From Phoronis australis (Eukaryota; Animalia; Phoronida), in the NCBI GenBank assembly GCA_002633005.1, contig NMRA01000432.1, positions 192,070 to 256,069 on the forward strand: DNA of 64,000 nucleotides. Direction: 5' to 3'. The notes beneath the pieces are model-generated. The model saw nothing but the letters and a program-made list of their open reading frames with translations. It made no database searches and was not told the DNA's origin. The position numbers and the translations under genes were made by a program. Shown here one piece after another: positions 40,152-50,870 of this stretch (position 1 is its first letter; each line of letters starts with the position of its first letter).

Positions 40152-40886
40152 CTAAAAACATTTAAAACAACACGAGCGTGTTTAGTTAAGACAAAAAACT
40201 ACAAAGAACTGAGAGAAATTGTTAACATGATTCACGTGGTTTAAATATTGCACACTGCTACCAATTTGTTTTTTTTTGGTCAAAATAATATAAGCTGACA
40301 GTGGCACAAACTGAGCCAGTTGCCTCAAATGCACACAAGGTTATCCACAAGAAACAGCCAAGAAAATACTCAGTCAAATGTGTCAGTTGATTTTATCATT
40401 GTTTTACTTTCAATCTTTGCATTAATTAAAGGAGACAAAATATAAAACTTAATGAGCCCCCTAATTTAAACATAACAACCACTGTAAGGACCATTCTGAT
40501 GTTGCAAGAGTGAATGCCATTGGCTTCTGAAGTAAAAATGCATTTTGGCAGCTCACCCCTTCCACCCGTTGACCACATCACAAGGGAAAATCTCACTGGA
40601 GGCAACATATCAATATTATCCCTTGGTCTGCACAAGGTCTCAGAGCTGATAATCTAATACTTTTAGTCCAGTAGCTGAAGTTGATTGGAATGGCCAGTAT
40701 CATGAGCCAAGTTAGTATGTTATATTCATGAGGTTTCCAAATCGCTGCATTGCAACTGATCTGAAGCCTGTGCTGAACACAATGTAGCTCCTATAGCTAA
40801 AATGTTGTAGTTACAAACCCCTCTGACCACACACTGCTCTACTTAATACAAAAATATTACAAGTCGTGGCCGAAAAACCACCATAC

Positions 40887-40928
40887 CTTTGAGCGGGCCT
40901 TTTGTGCCAATGCTTTTCCGCGGCTTTC
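40887..40928 (-). CDS. DBF4: DBF4 exon (ESRGKALAQKARSK)
   Basis: ttttcag/gtatg boundaries, 42 nt; matches conserved SRGKxLxxKA. Confidence 0.85.
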
Positions 40929-41097
40929 CTGAAAAGAAACAAAACAATAATTGATACAGTTGTAATTCATGAAATCATCCTTTAGTTCCACCTTTCGTCT
41001 GATGAAACTTTATAACCCGCTTAAATTGGATAAAAACAAAAATTAAATTAGGGCTTTAACTCTATGATCATGTTGGCAGTGGAAATAGAAGCATATT

Positions 41098-43008
41098 AAT
41101 GAGTGACAAACAACATGGCCGCTGGTCCTCCAAATCTGACCGACCCACCACATAATAGGATCTATGGGGATAAAATGGGACCGCCGCACCAGAAAATGGG
41201 ACCGACTCACTTAAAGCATGACTGCCCGACCACAAAACAGGACCGCCGGAGACTGAACATGACAGCCGGACAGAATGTAGTTATCAATCCCTGTGTGTGA
41301 TACTGCGGGTTATTACATAACCAACCAGCTAGCTGCATGAAGACTATCATCAAAATACAGCTTAGTAGCACTATGTGCTGAGCTCCGTTAAGACTTCGAA
41401 ATTTCACACAGCCCAGGTGGTTCCGCTCGTCACCTTGTCGTGAATCTTACATCAACATGTAGAACCGGCGACCAGCGGAGGTGAATGCAAAATCTGAGTC
41501 AACTGACTCTCACCTTACCAGTTGCAGCGGTTTGAATAAAATACAATCTAATAAACGTCATTTTCTGCATAATTCTTCGCCTTTTGTAACAAAGAAGTCT
41601 GCCGCACACGTGACATGCGCACGCGCTATTTCCTAAAATTTTGCGACATCTTTCGGAAGACGACAGCTTCGCAGCAGCAAAAGAACGCATCACAATTTTA
41701 CCAGCAGAATAACAGCAGAAAACCGATTTTTAACGAATGCCAATAAATAATTTAGTTTACTCAAGGAAGAGTGTCGTTCATAACACCCGGGAAGTCATGA
41801 TAACACTAAATTTGTGTCATACTTTATCTGGTCAGTTTTTTCCCACTTCGGCACAAAGCTGTATATTTAGTACACTGTACGCTGTGTGCCAAGGCTTGTT
41901 ATGATGATACTTTACTCGATAACCAGAACGCGTTTTTCGACTTGACTAAAACATCAAATTGGAGAAAAGGAGTTTCATTTTGTTATAAAACTTACACAAT
42001 GGATAAAACTAATTATTTAGCTCAAAGGTGTGCAACGTGGTTGGTTTTTAGTTACATTTATTAATTTTAAATGTTGACCTTTCAGTTGTTTATAATGTAG
42101 TAATAGCCGAGATTACCTGACCCGGGAATCAAACAAGCAACCCCCATAAAACCGGGGAGTGTGCTAACCATTCAATTGCCCCTTAGCGAGTGCCTAACAG
42201 AGGCTCATATGATTCACCGAAAGCACATCTACAACATTTCGCCTTTTCCTATGGAACAGGCGCACTGCACCACCTAGAAGGTGAATACCAGGATGTCTCG
42301 CATACATGTCAACTTCCCTTGGTACCTTTGCCACCAAAACGCAGGTAAACACAAGGTTGTCTATCATACAGGTCCTCGACTCCTGGAACATTAACCATCA
42401 CCATAACCATGCGTGCTGTCCGAGGTCCACCGGTACAAATTAGCAGTGCCTTATCAGTAAATCACCTGTTTGCCGACTACGCCATTTGTAATAATAGCCG
42501 AGATTACCCGCCCTGAGAATCAAACCAGTAACCCCCATACAACCGGCGAAGGTGCTAACCAATCAGCTAATGGGTAATTGCCCGTTAGGCTCATATGATT
42601 CACCAGAAGCACATCTACAACAAGTCAGATACCGCCGCAGAGCCGGGTGAAGTAAAGCTCGAAAGCACTGTGTTTTACAAAGTGAAGTGTTCTGAAGCTC
42701 ACCAGATTTCAGTCGATTTATCAGGATAAGACCTGCATAAGAAAATAGCCCCACTGTATGATCTGTGTAGGCCTACACTATCAACTGACCGGTCACAAAA
42801 CTTAGCATAGTTGTCATTGTGGTCAAGTTTCAATCCTTGGCGGTCATGTTCAGTCTCCGGTGGTCCTAGTTTTTGGTGGGGTGGTCATGTTTTTAGATGC
42901 GTCAGTCCAATTTCTTATGCGGCGGTCCCATTTTATCCCCGTAGGTCCAGTTTTATGGTGAGTCGGTCTGAATCGAAGGAGCAATGGTCATGTTATTTCT
43001 CACCCGTG
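41098..43008. mobile_element. Transib-like non-autonomous element, long form
   Basis: ~175-bp inverted arms made of ~21-bp aaaacaggaccgcc-like subrepeats, right end cacccgtg, 5-bp TSD ATATT; same arms as 62719-63083. Confidence 0.8.
42096..42622 (-). mobile_element. Miniature LTR retroelement (TRIM) with tRNA-like LTRs
   Basis: Direct repeats 42096-42236 and 42487-42622 with TGT...ACA ends; PBS TGGCGTAGTCGGCA (42484-42471); PPT AGGAAAAGGCGAAA (42250-42237); no ORF. Confidence 0.88.
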
Positions 43009-43192
43009 ATATTATTGTATGGAAATATTATGAGAGTAAACAGCCTACTTCCATTTTCTTTTCTAAGTCAGCTTAACATGGTGAAATCAGCTTTAAGTAA
43101 TGAAAATGACGAAAGAGTAACTTTAAAGCCGTAAGATCTTAAAGGTACAATTTGTTTTCCAACAAGACTCATCAATCTATCTAGGCGCTTAC

Positions 43193-43366
43193 AGTGGTGG
43201 ATTCAACAGTGACTCCAGGACTGTCTTTGGGCGACTCCACACTACCAAGATTGAAGGGACTAGGTGTAGACAAGGATGGGCTTGATTCAGTGATGCCGTC
43301 GCCACGGCACTCTTTCTGACCAGTGACCAAATAATGGACGTCTTTGGTGAAGAACTTTTCAATACA
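43193..43366 (-). CDS. DBF4: DBF4 exon, motif N/BRCT (CIEKFFTKDVHYLVTGQKE...)
   Basis: catag/gtaag boundaries, 174 nt; matches VEEFLSKDISYLIS-type motif. Confidence 0.9.
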
Positions 43367-44085
43367 CTATGACAGAAAAGCATTTTTTGTTAATAAAACA
43401 TTAAATTAGAACAGGATACAGTATACGCACTTCCCACGACTTTGCTCCACAGCAAAAGCGTAACCATTAAAAGGCTAAGTTAGAATGTACAAAACATGCC
43501 AAACTAAATTTAGTTTGACACTAATTTGTACAGATCACTAATATTTCTTTGTATTTAAACACAGCTAAACAGAGCAGACAACCAATCCAACACTCATCTC
43601 ATTTTTTATTACTCACAGAATGCAGTCGATCTGTTCAACTATTGATGGAGGAATTCTCGATTTCCTTTCATGTCATACTTTTGCTTAGTTTCTTCGTGCC
43701 CTTTGATTTGGTTAACAACAACATTATTAGGCTTTGCAGCGTTTGAGCAAGATTAAAACCATACGCAAACAGAGACGGATTTTTTTCGGCGACAAACTGA
43801 CATCAGCACACCCTTGCACAGACGACAGTTTTCGTAAATGTCGTAGTGAATCGAATGTCGCAAAACTGCCTATAAAACGAGTCAATGCTGCTTTCATGGT
43901 TTTAAAAATTAAATCGATTTAAGTCACTGATTGAAAAGATCGAATTTTAAGAAGAAAACTTTTTAAAGGCAAATTAAGAGTACGCTCATTGAATACGCCA
44001 TATGTGTTCGTGGGTAAACTGGTTCAGGCACTCTCCGGATGGAACACAATTGGCGAAAATCAGCTTGCGCTTCGAGAAAAATTAT

Positions 44086-44200
44086 CATTAATAATAATAA
44101 TAATAATAATAAACTTTATTTAAAGAGGATAAAATACAATAAATGTAAAACATGCTTTAGCCAAAGGCTAATATCCAGCATGGTCCTCTGCAGCAAGAAA
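44086..44200 (-). mobile_element. 3' tail fragment of a CR1/L2-type LINE or SINE
   Basis: Minus strand ends ...aataaagtt(tat)n, a typical AATAAA plus microsatellite tail. Confidence 0.45.
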
Positions 44201-44824
44201 TTAAATTAATTAAATTAAGTTAGATAAACAGATTAAATTAAGATACAATAAGATACATTAAATAAAATAGTATTAACAAATTGGATTTACAAATTAAATT
44301 AAAGATAAATAAATAAATAAATAAATAAATAAAAATTACTTTAAGTTTGAGTTTTTTGAAAACCAAAATGTCGCAGACTTAAAATTACTGGCCATTTCAT
44401 AGCTTTGTGAGTACACATGGGTACTATTTTTTTGCAATAAATATTCACTTATTTAAGTTTTTCACAAGTTCAAGTGTGCAAACTTGTCCCATTGGAAAAG
44501 TAACATTGCCGTGAGGTTGTACAAATTAGTTGTCCCGAATGGCTGGACTACCATTAATGTCGAGTCCTGCACCCCTCAAGTGATTCTAAACTTGAGGGTA
44601 TTTTGTAACCATTTAGAGGGGAATTATTGAGTCTAATAAGTCAAACTTTTGTAGTTTTCATAGAGAGAATGGGGCCAAAGTCCCTATATCGAGGCATCAA
44701 GGTCCTCACTAAGTTTAAAAATTTATTGAATATCAGCCACAGAAGTAGGAATGACATCATAATCCAGGTTTGTACAACAGTTGTTACATAGTCCATGTGA
44801 AGAGAACATGGTGTTCCAACTTAC

Positions 44825-44949
44825 AGCACCAAGTAATGCCAAGTCCTTCTCTAACGCTGCAACACCTGTCTGACCTTTCGTATCGATGTAAATCTTTTTA
44901 CTCAACAGAGGTTTATGGTTGTTGTTGCCACTAGGTTTAAACGTAATAC
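44825..44949 (-). CDS. DBF4: DBF4 exon, start of motif N (KPLLSKKIYIDTKGQTGVAALEKDLALLGA)
   Basis: tttttcag/gtaag boundaries; matches KPLxGKxFYLD...LxxDIxxLGG. Confidence 0.9.
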
Positions 44950-47067
44950 CTGAAAAATAAGGTACGTGTAGATGACAGAAACAGCATCAGGGCATTCTCA
45001 TTCTATACCACATCAACTTGCATGCCGTCAAGAACAAGACTTTGAAGTCACTCCTAAAAGTTTGAATGTGTAATACATCTTCCAAAAATAACTCGTATGA
45101 TATCTCAAACCTTATTCACAAAAATTGGCTATTTTTACAATATTTCAATGAACTGTTCACCTACTTTAAACTGGACCACAATGCACCAGCTTGACCCACT
45201 TAATATACTGGCTCCGCCCGTGACCTACTTGAATTCGAAGCACTAGAGATAGACTTGGTTTAAATTAAAAGTTTTTGCGATAATTAAGTTGCTTACGCAC
45301 AGTGAATTTGGATGACACTTCACGTGAATGTTGAAATAATGAATATGGCTAAGGGGTGTATAGGTTATGTTGACCAAAAATAAGTTTTCAACGGAAAATG
45401 ACTGATTGGAAGTCCTTGAGATTTTCAAGTTTCACCTCATAATCAATCGGCTTTTACTCAGCTTTAGACAATCAACTTAGGAACATGAGCTCTCAAAAAT
45501 GGCTTGGTGGATTTCGCTGAAACTTTCCAAACTCAATATTTATTCATCAATATAAAAATGCTTTCAAGATTTTCAATATAGAGGCCTAGTTTCTGCGAAA
45601 CGTAACAAAGATGAATACCCTTCTACTTTTGAAAAAAAGCCTTACGCTTTGCGAGTCGATTTGTCATAGAAATCAAACGAAAAGGCCAACCGAAAATTCC
45701 TAATAGCGTTTTTGAAGTAACTAGTGAAGTTTTCATTGAAAAAATGTTTCATTAAAATCGACCGAGGGGTTATTTTGCTATGAGTGTACCTTTCTGAAAC
45801 ATGGAATTTTGACTTACGAAAGGTGTTAACATGACATATAAATATAAAACATATTTTTATATTCCCTGATCTTTTTTTCATTCAGAAAATATATACATTT
45901 ATTAATTGACAAAGCCTTATTTTTGATACACGAGTTAGAACGGAGGCCACTTGATAAGGTTTGAGATAATGTTAAAACAAGCCCTTGGAGACAATGCATC
46001 AGTTTGACAGATGAGCTAAGAATACACCTGACTTAAATCAATCGTTTTCTTCACAAAAAATCACTGTTTTAGGCTTGACTATAATATGTATTTGCCAAGT
46101 AGTTTTTATAATTCAATGTGTAGTTCTCCACTTGGCAAATACCCAGTTAAACACATATTTTTGAATGAAGGGATAAGGTGTGATTGCGGGAGAGTGGTCT
46201 GGAAACTAATTTACCATGGAAATTTCTTACTGTGACGCCGGAATTGACAGATTTACTGTACAAATTTAATGCATTGTTTGGTACCATTACATTTGACTGT
46301 TACCCTAGATATTAAACGTGCTGCAGCACATTCCTGTCCACTATGTGAAAAGAACCACCCGTCCCAGCTTCAGGAATTGCGGGCAATACATTGCCTTTCG
46401 ATGCAATGGCCAAGCTGGGCTCCCAAACCTTAGCATAACATCAACTTGCCAAATGCAACCCAGGTTGCCAAACAAGAACTTATGTCGTCAAACCTCGCCG
46501 GTAAGCGCCAAAAATGAAAGAAACGAGGTACCTGAAATGGAAAGTCCGGGAACTCATCAAAGGTCGCCCAGCCCTGATGGCGTTAATTTTTTTTTTTAAA
46601 TAAAGGAAAATGCGCACTATCTCAAGTGCTCGGCGATGTCCAATTTTCCTCTCGGGCCCAATACTCTGGGCAGGCTCACCTTCTAAAGCAGAAGTACACA
46701 ATAACTGTGCACGACTCATAAATGAGCTGTGGATTTTTACTAGGGTGCCAAACAAAACCTGAAGTTGCACTTGAGACCAAGACTGCACCAAAATGAGTCC
46801 TGCCCTATGTGACAGAACTGCTCAACCAATTCACTTTTTGTTTGATTGAGAAAATAAAGTATACTAAACAAAATGTATGAGATCAGATATCTGAGAATAA
46901 TAGTGTTTTCCACACTCAAAAATTCAAAAACAAGTGGCGTTTACAACCACTTTGAAAGTATAGCAAACACACAAAAAATAATACTTCTTTTGTTGTTAAA
47001 AATAAAAAAGCAGTTGCATCATGTGTTATACATTCAAAATCAACCAGGTCGCAGCAACCTGTTAAAA

Positions 47068-47183
47068 GGCACTAGTCGGACATAGCGGTCCCTGATTTTG
47101 AGAACCAGTTTCATCCACTAAATAACGGGCCCGTGGATGAAACTGGTTCTCAAAATCAGGGACCGCTATATCCGACCAGTGCC
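47068..47183. mobile_element. 116-bp hairpin MITE, Merlin- or MULE-like
   Basis: ~51-bp near-perfect arms starting GGCAC, exact 9-bp TSD CTGTTAAAA. Confidence 0.88.
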
Positions 47184-47995
47184 CTGTTAAAACAGGTCAT
47201 GTAGAACTGCAATTATCTCCCACATTATATTGTGATCTTGATCATATGACAAAAGGTAGCTGTGAATGGACAATTTTTATCAGGTGCCCATAAAACAGCA
47301 TCAGTAATAATATTTAGTTAATTTACTACAAGAATAAAGGGTCAGAGAGCATCAAAACAAGACAAAGACACTGACAGAACAACAGCTGGCAACTTTTGCA
47401 GATATCGGACAAATGAAATTTCTAAATAGCATGCCTGACGGACTGTGTGCACTCCTATTTTCATCGCACCCGTCAGGAGCATGCACAGTGTTAAAAATGG
47501 CCAGTTGCCGATTTCGGCAAATGAACGAAGGGGTGCTTGAAGAATAAGTTTGTTTGTGGGAGTATTTATCCTAGTTGAAAGGAATTAAAGGCATTGACAG
47601 CCTCCTAAGGTGTCCCTCTATGCGCAAAAGGTACTTATAGCAACGTGACTATGACCTTATTGTCATAGTCATAGTTAGTGTAAAGCAAAATTCTTCCTTC
47701 CTATGCAGCAGCTATAGGAGCTTCACCGTCTTGGAGGCCGGTCGAGATGGTGGTCACTGTCTATACTGCAGCCAGTAGTATAGAGATGGCTAAGTAAGGG
47801 ATTGCCTGTGGTGTTTGCCAATTATCAGAGGACCAACTGGTGGCATTTACACTTACTGTGACGACGCGTATGCGGATAAATCAATTTTTGATTTGACAAC
47901 ATTTTCATATCCCAGATCCATTTGAAACTTTAAATTGCATAAGTTGGAAAAATGCTGCTCAGCCACTAAGAGTCCAAGTTCTTCAAAAAACTAAC

Positions 47996-48038
47996 CTGTC
48001 TTACTGCAGACGTTAGACTTTCCATTTTTGGCCTTCAT
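47996..48038 (-). CDS. DBF4: Probable first coding exon of DBF4 (MKAKNGKSNVC[SKT])
   Basis: ATG at 48038; two phase-1 donors (after 48005 gtaag, after 47996 gttag) both fit the next exon; no homology support. Confidence 0.55.
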
Positions 48039-48239
48039 CCTTGGAAAAGAATGGCAGAGTGTTAGCACCTGTTTTTGTTCTGGATTTTGGACAAAACTTT
48101 TGGAATTAAATGTCCGATTGTCCCAACTTTGGTACTAAAATTAGAATTCTGCACCAGTGATGTTATGGGACGCCATTCAGTGATAAGAAAGAGAAAAATG
48201 ACGACAAACGAAGCTAAAATTAAAATTTAAATGGTTCAG

Positions 48240-48672
48240 AGAGCACAACAATCGTCCGCCATTGCGCTTTCCCGCCAACTTCCTTGGCGGGAGGCAATGT
48301 TTTTGTGATTCGCATTCTTAAAGAGTTGAGTATTTCAACCAGACTTTCCAAATGCAATGTTACATAAATAAACGTTTTTTCCAAACAAGAATGTTTTTCA
48401 TACCATTTTCACATGTTGTAGCAAATTATATTTTTCATGACTGTGCTATTGTCAATGTACAGCGACGAGTCTCGAATCTCGTTATGAAACGAGATGAAGG
48501 GTGTACTTCCGGCCTAGTTTTTGAAAGTTGTTTCTCTAAAATCAAAAAGTCGCCATGTAAGTTGAAAAAACAGGATCGTTTTCGTCACATATTTTTGTAT
48601 ATATAGAAAACTTACCTTTTAGCTGACTGGATATATTTTCAAACCAATATTCTCACCAGAAAAGTCGGATTT
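48240..48672. promoter_or_regulatory. Bidirectional promoter DBF4/FMNL with E2F, YY1-like and ETS-like motifs
   Basis: TTTCCCGCCAA 48268-48278 and TTGGCGGGA 48284-48292; CCGCCATT ~48256; ACTTCCGG ~48505. Confidence 0.65.
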
Positions 48673-48795
48673 ATGGGTGCCGCAGAGTCGACTTCGGATC
48701 ACTACCGTTCAGATTTCAGATCGACAAACATGCCGATCCGACTCCCAATGCCTGACTCATCCGAGGAGTTGGAGCGAAGATTCACCAAAGTATTG
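48673..48795 (+). CDS. FMNL: Formin-like protein exon 1 (MGAAESTSDHYRSDFRSTNMPIRLPMPDSSEELERRFTKVL)
   Basis: MGxxxS myristoylation motif and LPMP...ELExRFxxVL start of the FMNL GTPase-binding domain; phase-0 gtaag donor; exon 2 not found in the window. Confidence 0.88.
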
Positions 48796-50679
48796 GTAAG
48801 TTCATTCTTTATTCATTTTTATCATTCAAACTGGAAAGCGTCACAGCAATTTTTGAAAACTGACAATTATCTTTGGCTACTGTTACTTGAAATTGATATT
48901 GAGCCATTGCCATTGCACTGTATTGCAGTGCATTGCACTGATTGACATAAATTTACATGTTGAACAATATTGGGTTGGTCAGCTCATGATAGTCAACACT
49001 TGCCAATATAATGCTGATATCTGGAAAGTGAAGTATCTGGGAACATTTAGTTTCATGGGCTCATCTTTCCTTTGTTCAAGTAATATTTTATTTCTGATTA
49101 AACGAGATGGTACATGTAAAGATTGTTGTTTTCTTGATGCTGTGCCTGTGATGAATGATGTGGTACTACTGGTGATTGTTCAAACCTCCCAGCACTCAGT
49201 CTCAGGGTTCAGGTGTGTTATGTTTTGAGTCCCAAGGGACATGGTGTATGAATAATCAAAAACTAGGTTCTTCGCTAAATGTTTTATCCTATGTTGATCA
49301 GTTGAAATCAAAACAGCCCTATTAAGAGTGTTATTGGTGTTTCAAAGCTGATTAATTAGATGGTGACACGTCCTAATGAAGTCTGTATGCCGGAAGATTT
49401 TCTGTAAATTACGCTTAACCCTGGATAATTTATCGTAGTTGTGTACCTTTTGAGTGAAGATGGACACAAATACTCTTGCAATTAACATTTTTAATAGTCC
49501 TTTGTCAACGAAATTGAGTACTGAATTCCATTATCAGTCAGCAAGTCAGTGTGCTTGAGGTCAAACACAAATGTACAGAGAGTTATGAAAAGGTCATCCA
49601 TCTGCCAGCCATGCCAAGAGGCAGTAACAGAAATGGGGAACGTGTCTAATGATTAATATGCATTTGTCAAAATTTCAACATATTGTCAAAGCGAACAAAA
49701 ATCTCAAGATCCTATCTTGGTTTTTGATGGACATCAATGACCTCCATGCTATAAGTTTCAATTTGGGCTGGTTATGCTTTGTTTTGTGTTTTGACCTTGG
49801 ATTCCCAATGTTAACGAGCAAGTGAGTCCAGGAGCCAGCTTTGATGGCGTTACAGTTTATAAAGAATGGTGAGTTAAGGTGGTTGGGTAATTAAATTGGT
49901 CAGCATAGGATATCGCTGTGACTTTCTTCCTCTTGCTAGGTCACTCACACTTAATTCAGTTATGGTATTTAGAGTTCTGCTGTGTGTTTAAAATGTGCTC
50001 ATTACTAAGCCATAGGGATCACTTAATTGATATGCCCTTGTCAGATGCATTTGTCAAAATTTCAACATTATCGAAGGCAGTAATCGACTAGTGCCTTCAG
50101 CTTTTTACCATTTCAGCTCAATGTCAGCAATTATTGTATCAGGGTCAATCCAGCTTTAATAGTTTTCTGACTATTGTGTTGTAAGATACTGTATTGGCTT
50201 CTCATTGTTATTTGACCATTGGTACTAGTAGATGAATCTCACATTCATTCATATTATAAGCCCCGATTCAAAATTACTGGTAGCACATTGTAATGACGGA
50301 GCATTGTATTATGCATAATTTAACTGACTGAAGTTTTTAGGCTTTTGTGGTAAAATGACCCATAGTAGTATTTTTGTAGAATGAGTCTCCTTCCTTCCAA
50401 TACGGCAACTCCCCTGTTTTGCAGAGTTACGGTTATTGGGAAAGTGAAACTCCCAGACTTGAAAACTGAGTGGATTAAATTGTAGAGTTGCACAATTCCC
50501 CTGCAATGGAAAATGTTAACTCCTCTCAACGAGAATAATCACTGGAGGTTGCGACATGCAACCGAAGTGGTCATTCTAGAATGCGATTCCTGCTATCTGG
50601 TGTTTAATCCTGAGAACTGGCGGTAACTTTATTGTCGTTATTGGAGAGTTCATTAAAATTGTAAGTGTTGTGATACAAT

Positions 50680-50870
50680 TTCAATAGACCGGAATTTTGC
50701 TAAAATGAGGAAACATTGTTGAATTTCAATTGACCAGTTTTTCTAAAATGGGAAAACAATTGAATTTCAGTTGACTGGAGTTGCTAAAGTGGGAAACAAT
50801 AAAATGGGAAAACAATATTGAATTTCAGTAGACCAGAGTTTCACTAAGATAGGAAAGCAATATTGAAAAC
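50680..50870. repeat. ~42-bp degenerate tandem repeat
   Basis: ttgaatttcaattgaccagtttttctaaaatgggaaaacaa-like unit, about 4 copies. Confidence 0.7.

Noticed and set aside
42503-42578. Functional tRNA gene
   Set aside because: Anticodon arm not canonical and the segment is part of an LTR; treated as tRNA-derived
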